From the NCBI GenBank assembly GCA_020137815.1, contig CM035354.1:3906001-3970000 (forward strand): a DNA stretch of 64,000 bases, read 5' to 3'. Of the stretch, positions 54,301 to 64,000 are shown in pieces. The translations under genes were made by a program, and so were the position numbers. How positions within the stretch are numbered: position 1 is the stretch's first letter; each line of letters starts with the position of its first letter. Under the pieces are notes generated by a model. The model worked only from the letters and a program-made list of their open reading frames with translations. It searched no databases and was not told the origin of the DNA. The stretch is from Hormiphora californensis. Taxonomy: Eukaryota; Animalia; Ctenophora.

Positions 54301-57300
54301 CTCTATCTCTTCTATCTATGTATATTATGCCTCTTTATTTCTCTATCTCTCTATATCTTCATCTTGTCTCCCACCTTGTCTGTATCCTTATTTAAATTTC
54401 AATCCTATCTCTCTATAACTTTCTACCATCAATATCTTGTCAGATAAGCTAAAAGAAAGATATCGCAAGAAGTTACTAGAAGTTACAGGCGTGTCAACTG
54501 CCACACCTCCCCGCCACCCACCAATTGCAATTGGTGGACTCAACATCTCCCCTTGTTCCTGTGCAATTGAGTGAGAGGCCCCTACCCCGCCATTATCCTT
54601 TCTTCATTCAACCATGCCAGAATTATTATCCTAATCAGGAATAATTAGAATCGAATCTGAATGTCCCTCATTTTTTTTACTATCAACCCCTCCAGCCTCC
54701 AAATATCGCTTATGATTATGTTCGAACCCTCCTTTACATTTGTAAAAGAGGGAGGCTCGAACAAGACAAGATATCGCATAATCTGGGCTAAGTTAATCTA
54801 GGTCTATGGAAGCTCATTCTGGGTGTGCAAACATTATTGTTGAATAATGTCAGTCCAGTGTCAAACAATAGGAGACAGAGAATAAGGATCGGTTGATTGT
54901 TAGGCACAGATTCAGTGAAGATTTTTGACTGCATCTAATCCAGATGGAAGGAGAAAACACAATTCATCGCTGAAGAAAGGGATATTGAACAGATGTAGAT
55001 GAAATAGATTGAATTGGCGGCAATCATACATGTATGTGACTCACTAACGCACAGCTCGCGCTCCGGTCATTTCGAATCTTCCAAAATACAATGTTTTTTT
55101 TCATATTCGGGCAGGTCGGTAGAACTTCGACAGAATTTAGGGTAGGTCAATTTAGGGTAGGTCTGAATTTAGGGTAGGTCTGAATTTAGGGTAGGTCTGA
55201 ATTTAGGGTAGGTCTGAATTTAGGGTAGGTGCATTTAGGGTAGGTCTGAATTTAGGGTAGGTCTGAATTTAGGGTAGGTCCGTAACGTATCGTTTATTAA
55301 AGCATTGCAATTCGACATTAGGTTCTGATTAGGTCGCTGAACCGCGTCCCGTAGCTCGTATCAGCTCATTTCAATTCGGTCTTAGTCACCGATTAGGTCG
55401 TTGAACCACGTCCCGTATCTCGTATCAACTCATTGAAATTCGAGGTTAGACACAAATTAGGTCCCTGAACCGCGTCCCGTATCTCGTATCAACTCATTTC
55501 ATTTCGATCTTAGCCACCGATTAGGTCGCTGAACCGCGTCCCGTATCTCGTATCAACTCATTGCAATTCCATCTTAGTCACCGAGACTAAGTACTACTTA
55601 AAGTAGGTGAACTGAGTTAGGTCGGTATACTGTGTTCCGTATTGCATCAAATGAAATTATTAGTTTATGCACGTAGACTTTAAGAGTTCCATCCTGAGTT
55701 GAAACCTGTTTAAGAAAGAAAAAAAACAATTCGTGTGCCATCTCATTTGTGTCTAACCCCGAATTCCAATGAGTTGATACGAGATATGGGACGCGGTTCA
55801 GCGACCTAATCGGTGACAAAGATCGAATTGAAATGAGTTGATACGAGATACGGGACGCGGTTCGCCGGTTCAGGGACCTAATTTGTGTCTAACCTCGAAT
55901 TTCAATGAGTTGATACGAGATACGGGACGTGGTTCAGCGACCTAATCGGTGACTAAGATCGAATTGAAATGAGTTGATACGAGATACGGGACGCAGTTCA
56001 GGGACCTAATTTGTGTCTAACCTCGAATTTCAATGAGTTGATACGAGATACGGGAAGTGGTTCAGCGACCTAATCGGTGACTAAGATCGAATTGAAATGA
56101 GTTGATACGAGATACGGGACGCGGTTCAGCGACCTAATCAGAACCTAATGTCGAATTGCAATGCTTTGATAAACGATACGTTACGGACCTACCCTAAATT
56201 CAGACCTACCCTAAATTCACCTACCCTAAATTCAGACCTACCCTAAATTCAGACCTACCCTAAATTCAGACCTACCCTAAATTCAGATTTCAGACCTACC
56301 CTAAATTCAGACCTACCCTAAATTCAGACCTACCCTAAATTCAGACCTACCCTAAATTCTGTCGAAGTTCTACCGACCTGCCCATATTCGTTTACACAGG
56401 AAATGTGCAAGCGCCAGGCAATACGCAGTGAAGAATACCACTAACAACACACCTGGTAACTTACCTTGGTGGGTCCAGTTGTTGTATTGTTGGACGGGTG
56501 CAGGACTCATCTGGTCCATACCTCGATCAATACTACGATCTGTAGGAATAACATGTTAGATATAACATTAAAATAATACAAGTTAGATGCATACATATTT
56601 AAATCAGGATACAATTCTGATTTCTAGAAAAACCAAGGTGTATACATTTATTTTCTATCCTATAAAATTTTTGAAAAAATACCCTATTTAGGGGTGATAA
56701 TTCATCCGGAACAGATAACAATGTATCGCAATAAAGCACAATCTCAACATCAAACTTCTCATTCACGAGCATTCACAAGTGTCGATCACATCGAATTGAC
56801 GCTATTCGCGATAGTCGCTTGGGTTCCTCTAACCCAGCACCCTTAGAAGAAGAAGAACATAAAACTTACACCGATATTCAAGTTTCCGATTCAGCAACCA
56901 AACGCAGAACTACACAGTACCTACCACATCATTATTGATAGACCTCTCATCCACGGTACCCAACACATTCATCAAGGACGTACGATTGTCAGTCCGTATT
57001 TTTGTTGTTTATACATTTATAAAGCCCCGATACTAAAACCCTCACTCAACAAATCCCACTAATGTCCGATTTTTAGTAAAACTCGCCAGAGTCGCTCACA
57101 AAATGTTTTAAAAACCAATGTTCTCATTTCCAGTTTCATGTTGATAATCATAATTCAATCACCCAATGCTCTACTGTCGGTATCAGCCTTGAACCCCTAC
57201 GGCCCTACTTTCTACTATTATACTACTACTAGAAAGCCCATTGAGATCCCACAACAGCCCCCCCCCCCCCCAACCCGTCTCTATGCCCCCCCCCTCTTAC

Positions 57301-60300
57301 TCTTTGTCTCTCCATGTCGGGGTAAAGAATACGGAGGTAGGTAGTGGTAGAGCGCTGGTGATAAACATCAAGGGAAATCCCGCTGAATAACATGTAGAAT
57401 CAGGTGATAAAGATCCGTAGAATTGTAGCTGTGTAGAGAATCAACGGGGTACGTAGGTAGAAAGGCTTTGGCAATCATGGCAGCTCCAGTAGTAGATCCC
57501 AAAACACAACAGGAACAATACAGGAACACGCAACAAAGAACCAAAAACATGCACGTGCAGTATCCCCCCACAATCTCCAATACCCCTCCCTTGGCAACCC
57601 CCCACCATTTGCACGTGTGGATACTACATCACTACTCCTCACGCCACTCATTCCTACTTTATAATAAGGATGCCTAAATTTTCCACCTTGTCTGATTTAA
57701 GTTACACTACACTATGCAATGCTTGGATAACTGCATCTTTTACTGCATTGTTCTTCTCCTTGGTTAGGCACTGATCATCGGACCCGCGTCCATCTGCCAA
57801 CTCTGCAATATTCGTGCGGAAAAGTGGGAAGTAAGTTAAATGTCCTAGCACTACTGCAATGACAGACCTGAACACCTTAGCTATGCTAAAGACAATGACG
57901 GCCGCCGACGACAGACGGACAGGACGGTACCATTTGAGCCAGGCATCACGAAAGTGCGAGGTACAGTAAAACCAACCAACCAACCCTATTTGAGGGTGAT
58001 AATTCATGAATTATATATAGTACATAACGTTCTGCACGCAGTGCAAGCGCGCCATATACGCTCTGCACTGCAGAGCGTATATGGAGGTGAAATGCACGAC
58101 AGCGGAGCTGGAGTGCATTTCACACCTATATTGCACGAGTGAAACGAGTGCGATATAGGGGCGCTTGCACATGCCGTGCAGGACGTTATTGAGTATATAT
58201 TCCGCGAGAAAACACATGACAAGCAAAACAATCATAATATTGGGTGATTACACACACAGAGATGTGACAAAACAAGGTACAAACTAAGCAAAAACACACT
58301 CAAAAATACTAACAGACACTACTGCAACTCTTACACACAAGGGGAACAATGTCTGATAGTTTGTAACAGTGAAAAGAAGAGAGAGATGCGAGAGAGGGAG
58401 ATTGGAATTCTTGGAAATAGCAAACAACAAAACGTGATAAGGGGATAATTAGTGAGAGAAAGAGGGAGAGTGAGTGTAATTTGACAGACTTTGTGTCGTG
58501 TAGTACCATGTCAGTCATATTCTGTGTGTTTGTGTGTGATTAAGGTGTAAAAACACAGCGAGAACACATTTCTTACTTATATCCCGCTCCCTCTATATCT
58601 GCACACTCCCGCGGAAGCACAGTGCATATTTCAGCGTGCAAATGGTCGCGCACAGCGGGAGTGATATGTGCACTCGCGGTATATAGACCCCGCTGGCTCA
58701 GATAGACGCACGGCGCGCTCAAACAATTTGCACTGGTCTATTGGGCCGTGCACTGCCGTGAGTTTGTGTCTCGATAGACGCACGCCCTCTGACAGATTTG
58801 TGTAAAGATCACCAAGAATCACTGGAAACACGATAAAATGACATGACAACACAAGAGGGAGTGTGTGTACAACCTACAACACTCTCTGTCTAGATTTGGC
58901 GCCCGCCAGTCTGTTGCAACTGTTGCTCATGACCCACAATTAACTGTAATCTCTCTCTGCATTCCACCCTTTGAAACTGTTACGACGATTGTTACGAGTG
59001 TGTAGGAATGTAGAGAGGCACTCTGTAGCTTCATTTCTAACTGTTTGACCCGTTTTGTGTGAGCTCTCTCTGTGTCAACCACCTAATTTGTGCTTGTTTT
59101 GCTTCTAGGTGCCCGCCAGCGGGGTCTATAGAACACAACTCCCTCCCTAACGTGCAGATATACCTGTAAACCCCTCGCTGACGCTCGGGATTTACAGGGC
59201 TGTAACGCACGGGTCCCTTCGGGACCCGTGCATTACAGCTCAATAGACGCACTGCTCTGCAGTGCGTCTATTGAATAGATGCACGCGCGGGAGGGAGTTA
59301 TGTACTATATATATTACCTTGTGACCTGTCGAACCCTCCATGATTAGGAACACCACCAGTGAAGGATTGAGATCTTGGATCAAAGTGTGCCTGTTGTTGA
59401 GCCATCCTGGGATCATAAGGCCCCTGCTGCATGGATCGGGCATCAAGAGTCTGAGATCGCATATCAAATGGTTGTCCCCTGGCATCCAATTGCCTCATAT
59501 CGTTAGGTTGCGGTGGTCCCCGAGGGTCATACAGAATGGATCGATCAATGGTTAGAGCTCGATCAAAATTCCTGTCTAGTGTGGCGACTCCATGTGGGTC
59601 GCTCGGTACCATCGTCCTGCTTCTGTTCGAGTTATCCATGACGGGCCGGTTATCTAATCTGGGGTCGACCATCCCCATACGGGGGTCCATCCGGGGGTCC
59701 ATGGGCTGCTGGGGTGGAGCACCGTTGTAGCCCGCCATGGGAGGATAGCCAACATCTGGGGAGATTAGAGGGGTTAGGGAATAGGTGGGTTAGGGAATAT
59801 CTGAGCTATGCATAAGTCTAGGAGCGGGGTTGTTAATGGGTAAAATGAGTAGTGCAGAATACACGGGGGTGTGTTTTCATAGTACTGCAGCCTGTACTAC
59901 TGCAGATGTGTGGTGGACATGTTCAGTGTAAACAACTAGCACTCATTCTCAGGAAGTCACCCCCCCCCCCCCCCGTGGGAAGGGGTACTACTTCTGTAGT
60001 ACTTACTGGCAGTTAGATAGTAACATCTCACGAACCTATTTAGGACACACAGCTTTGTGAACACATTTAGGATATACAGCTCTATGAATACAAACTACAC
60101 AATACACACAAAAAACGAACATTGTAAAATTTTGAGATATAATATAATTCTTTAGGTAGCACTGCTTGTACAACTTATAACACCCCCCAGTGTTATAAGT
60201 TTTCACTTATAACACCCCCCAGTGTTATAAGTTTTCACTTATAACACCCCCCAGTGATACATGAAAACTTATAACACTGCTGCACTGTTTCTGTCACACT

Positions 60301-62740
60301 TAAAAACCGTTTGAAAGATAAACGTGTACGAACTCCCTCTCTCTTTCTTTATGTCACACTCTCAAGCCGTTGCAGCACCGAGATCAAGATAACAGTTACG
60401 AACTCCCGGACCCACACATTCTTTATCTCTCTCACTCTCACTAATCTCTCACTCTCTTTACCTATCTCAGGCGTTATCTTATCTTATACTGAGATCTCTG
60501 CCTGCTACCTTATCATGAATTTGTTCTATTGTTACGCCCTCAATCTTCCTCTCACTCTTGTTTAAAAAATTTTACAATGCAATTTTATTATGCCTATTTT
60601 CGTTGTACCTGACGTCAACAATAATGTCCCAGATTCTTACACTTTTAGACCTCGCAGGCTCGGTCAAAAAGTAAAACTACATCACTCGCAGGCTCGTGAG
60701 GTAGTTAGACTTAGTGGCACTCGCAAGCTCGTGCACTAAAGTACAAGAATCTGCCTCGACCTATGGTCTCGGATCATTATTGTTGTACTTATAACACTCG
60801 AACTTCGGTCTCGTGTTATAAGTTTTCAGGTACAACTTATAGGCATAATAAAATCCTACAGTATATATTTGAAGTGAATCATACTCACACATTCACACTC
60901 ACATTCACTCACACCCACACACGTCACACTCACCCTGTGGACGGTACTGTTGCAGCCCATTAGCAGCTGCTTTGTTGTACTGACTCCTGGTGAACAGTGC
61001 CTCCCTACTGGACTCCCTACTCAGAATACTACTGTCACGTGATGAGGACAGGTCACGTGACATCATGTGATCAGCGGCCCGGGAGGAGGGTGGAGTATCA
61101 TCCACGGTCACCACACCATGACCAACTCCGTCCAGAGAGGACATGTCAATGGGCACTCGGACGTGCTTCTTTCCATCCTTGTTGATGCTCTGTAGAAGAG
61201 GGAGGGGGTTAGATTGGGATTAATTGAAGTTAGTAGAGGGGGTTAGATTGGGACTAATTGCAGTTGTATAGAATTTAACTCGATACATGTTCTGTGGAAG
61301 GATTTCACTGTGTTTTTACTTTTTATGCAAACTAATCTAATGATTTATTTCTGATTTATTTCCCTAGAATTTGTCCAATGACAAATACGAATTGATAGTA
61401 TAGAAAGTGGAATAAGAAGTACAACTATGTGTGATATTGTTCTTTGGAGAGATAATATATCTAGGGCATAGGACAGAGAATCTATTGTGTAAGTGTGATA
61501 TATGTGAAAGAGAAAAGCAGGAGTGTAGAGGGAAGGGGGTCATGTAGGAGAAACGGGTAGTGTGGGAAAAGGGAAAGATAAATATTCAGACGAGGTTAGG
61601 TGAGATATACAGAGGGAGAGATCAAAAAGTGAGGGAGAGAAGAACAGAGCAGCAGAGATATGGTGAGAAGTAAAAAAGAGGAAGAGAATATGGAGAGGGT
61701 TTAGACAGGGTATACATATATTAGACCAGGCGAGCATAATAATAGGGAACTGGCCTCATAGAGACAGAGAATGTGAACATAATTTAAAGAAAGTGAAACA
61801 TGAAAAAGTGTTAAGAGAAAATATAGGAGAATAAATTGTTCCAATATTTGCAATTATGTTGCCAACATATTTTGTCGTTTTGTTTTCTACAGAAAGCTCT
61901 TGAACTTAAATGCAAAACTTAATAAATTCATATGGACCAAAATATATCCTATTTAGGAAAAAAGAAATGCCAGACGCCAGGAACTGACAGGACGTCCAAT
62001 AGATAATACTCAATAGATGACAGTTGAGTTGGTCCCACTGTACGAAAGAACAAGAAGTGGGAAGATAAAAAAGTGTTTACCTTATTTTGGACCACTTTAT
62101 GTTGCCGTTGGATGGTGATGGGAACTCCTAGAGCACGTATCTTCTCTTTAGAACTATAACTTTGTATATTTTCATAATCCTGTGGAAATGGGGGTTAATA
62201 ATAACTTTGAGTAATTGACATAATATACCCAAATCAAACAGTGTGATAAGTTTCACCGATCACCCAACATAGTCAACAGTCAACACCCAACTAACAACTA
62301 TCACCCAAGTACCAACACCCAACTATCACCTGTTGAACGCAGTGTACAAGATGGGATATGTTGTCGAGGCGGCTATGGTGTGACTCCAACAGATTCGAAA
62401 GGCTCCCAGATAGGGAGGTGAGCTGATGTGTCACATTTATCAGTGATTGCACCACATACCCCTTACTTTGATCAAACACGGCCTGTAGAAATAATTATGG
62501 CTTGATATTCACTACAAAAACTATGTTTTCTCATGCTAGAATGACTGTTTTTGTACTGTTACACACAACATAATTAGGGTATGGGGTAGGGTAGGATGGA
62601 ATGCTCACCTGTTGATCTGCTGACGAGAGGAAGCTTTGCTCACAGAACAGTGCAAGTTGCTCGAGGTTTATGGAGCTCTCCTGTAGTTCCCGACGAGTGT
62701 TCAGGACCTCGTCATTAAACAACGCTTCGTCATACAACAT
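49443..62740 (-). CDS. ABI: Abl interactor (Abi, WAVE regulatory complex subunit); 5' exons secure, 3' exons tentative
   Basis: Exons 62609-62740 (RRELQESSINLEQLALFCEQSF), 62330-62482 (SKGYVVQSLINVTHQL), 62081-62179, 60934-61189 (HHR motif RVPIDMSSLDGVGHGV), 59318-59755 (DPR repeats), 56465-56539, then tentatively 49995-50127 and 49443-49926 (coiled coil). The N-terminus parallels ABI1 RALIESYQNLTRVADYC...TKAYTTQSLASVAYQI...KPIDYTVLDDVGHGV. Confidence 0.8.
50360..50635. repeat. Polypyrimidine/polypurine low-complexity tract
   Basis: About 275 bp made almost entirely of C and T on the plus strand; source of the spurious R/E/K-rich ORFs. Confidence 0.9.
51730..51890. repeat. 23-bp G-rich minisatellite, ~7 copies
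   Basis: GGAGCCTGGAGCAGGGTAGTAGG repeated; all three minus-strand frames are open only because of the repeat. Confidence 0.9.
55110..56382. mobile_element. 1.27-kb foldback element with internal tandem arrays, Merlin-like (GG ends, 8-bp TSD), in an Abi intron
   Basis: TIR GGCAGGTCGGTAGAACTTCGACAGAATTTAGG. TSD CATATTCG at 55102-55109 and 56383-56390. Each arm holds ~9-10 copies of the 17-mer GAATTTAGGGTAGGTCT and 4-7 copies of a ~60-bp unit. Confidence 0.9.
58008..59299. ncRNA. Candidate large structured RNA element (two four-way junctions plus long-range helices) in an Abi intron
   Basis: Abutting hairpins with closing stems at 58024-58189 and 59137-59299, plus long-range perfect complements 58682-58697/59115-59130, 58594-58604/59152-59162 and 58221-58231/59094-59104. 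No known family recognised and transcription is not shown. Confidence 0.55.
60173..60279. repeat. Tandem ~32-bp mini-hairpins
   Basis: ACTTATAACACCCCCCAGTGTTATAAGTTTTC repeated ~3 times. The same stem recurs at 60788-60823. Confidence 0.75.
60582..60854. mobile_element. 273-bp MITE-like element with internal mini-hairpins
   Basis: Inverted ends ATTTTATTATGCCTAT..GTTGTACCTGA / TCAGGTACAAC..ATAGGCATAATAAAAT. Internal CTCGCA(A/G)GCTCG repeats. Confidence 0.6.
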
Positions 62741-63480
62741 CCCTGGATCTATCTACCATTCCATCTACATCTTTTGGTTTAATGGTTATTCATTTCATTT
62801 GTTACAACGGGCTCAGACATGGCGTCGGTATAGATAATTTGCTACAAACATGATTAGCAAATTATTCGGGACTCGGATCAAGAACAAGACGCTTGATTTT
62901 AATTAATTGTTTTCGTTGATTTTTTCAAAGCTGGATAATAGACAAAAACATTTGTTACACTAAGCAAAACCAAACGGAATTATGGGTACGTCAGTCACTC
63001 TGCACGAGGCCCCAAGCGCCATCGAACCCCACCGGGGGCCAGCCCTCGCTCTACACTTCCGCTACTGAGTACTGGCCCCGTCGAGGGAGCTGGGAGTCTC
63101 CCGTCTCCGCCCAAATTAGTGTACGCAGATGTATGACGGTGTGAATAAGGTACAGCGAAAGACTTGGCATATGCTAGGCTACGGAACCGTAGTGCGGGAT
63201 GAGCTAATGCGGCAATTTTCAACCGACGCACGGGACAAATCACAAATACAAATACAAATACAATTATAATTTATATCCCGCTTTTGGGCCTATGCATTGT
63301 TAGTGCTAGGAGGACGCCGTTTCAATCAGTCGATTGAAGCAACGCACCCACCACTAACAAGCCTTCTAAAACACAAACATGAAACAACGTTAAAAAATTA
63401 CGAGGGGTTTTTTTTTCGTTTTCACACATTTCTTTTTTTCGTCTTCACACTCTGCGCGGCGTTGGTCCTGGCAGACACGT

Positions 63481-63720
63481 TAAAGTGCGTTTCAAACGAC
63501 TTGACCTGAGATTCCTGGAAATTCAGGTTTCCCCTGTGTAAATACACGCGCAATGCGCCAAATTCCAAGAATTACGGGTCAAGTCGCTTGAAACGGACTT
63601 TAGTTACTGGCACGACTTTCCGATAAATATTCATGTAGCGCGCGATATTTTGTGTTGTCGCGCCGCCAGTTTTCATATCGAGTTTATTTCGCATTTTTTA
63701 AATTTTGTCGGTTTGTCGTT
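63481..63720. promoter_or_regulatory. Putative (possibly bidirectional) promoter upstream of Abi, with an imperfect 120-bp inverted repeat
   Basis: Inverted repeat TAAAGTGCGTTTCAAACGACTTGACC / GGTCAAGTCGCTTGAAACGGACTTTA (63481-63602). GCGCGCG core at ~63638, followed by a T-rich plus-strand leader. Confidence 0.35.
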
Positions 63721-64000
63721 TTAGACTTTCAAAGTTTGCCCGTTGCCGTCTATTCTGATGAAGAGTGGTTTTATTTTAGTGTATGCCAAACTGCACAGAA
63801 AGCAGCAAATCTTTTGATCCCACCCATGGTAAAGTCCATTTTTTTAAACTGTTCACCCGTCTGCAGTCACCGGTCACCCCCATTTTGTTGGCGGATTTTG
63901 TTTTGGATTTGCTGGCATCTTATCACTTCTGCTATATTTATTTCAAAAATCGGAATATTAAGTGTAACTTGATTTGATTTGATGATCGCTAAAGAATCTG

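Noticed and set aside
55328-56150. CRISPR-like array of ~60-bp units
   Set aside because: The intervening sequences are alternating variants rather than unique spacers. The arrays lie in the two arms of a TSD-flanked transposon, there are no cas genes, and the context is eukaryotic.
59137-59151. Telomerase RNA template in the structured element (CCCTAAC)
   Set aside because: Only 7 nt match, it lacks the ~1.5-repeat CTAACCCTAA, and it lies largely within a stem. Not fully excluded without a covariance search.
58008-59299. tRNA, hammerhead ribozyme or group I/II intron identity for the cloverleaves
   Set aside because: The arms are far longer than tRNA arms and lack T-loop/D-loop consensus. 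No CUGANGA...GAAA core is correctly placed, and no catalytic intron motifs were recognised.
63000-63240. SRP, RNase P or U4 RNA in a GC-rich patch upstream of Abi
   Set aside because: Only short scattered resemblances were seen and the conserved cores could not be aligned.

Overview
This is an intron-rich animal genomic window with GT-AG introns, (GA)n microsatellites and many non-autonomous DNA transposons; nothing in it is prokaryotic. From the gene families and repeat landscape I infer a ctenophore (comb jelly), possibly Pleurobrachia; that is recall-based and unconfirmed. I spliced eight protein-coding genes by hand. (1) A secreted protein on the minus strand with 3 copies of an unnamed ~140-aa domain and 3 sushi domains, probably nested in a plexin intron. 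(2) The 3' half of a plexin (+). (3) A LIM-LIM-PDZ kinase (+) with a TESK-type catalytic loop and Glu at the LIMK1 Thr508-equivalent position. (4) A cathepsin L-like protease with a ShKT tail, nested antisense inside the LIMK PDZ intron. (5) MFSD12 (+). (6) A class A GPCR (-). (7) A RING-less MEX-3-like KH protein (+). (8) An Abi/Abl-interactor (-) with no visible SH3 exon. There is also a pseudogene of family (1). At least six MITE/foldback types carry readable target-site duplications (TSDs): Kolobok-, Merlin-, Chapaev-, hAT-, PIF/Harbinger- and Tc1/mariner-like. The most unusual unexplained signal is a ~1.3 kb element in an Abi intron (58008-59299). It has two four-way-junction cloverleaves, several perfect long-range pairings, and a recurring (W)TRNNYGCAC motif embedded in most of its GC-rich helices. 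It is a candidate large structured RNA. All exon boundaries were read manually and need RNA-seq confirmation.
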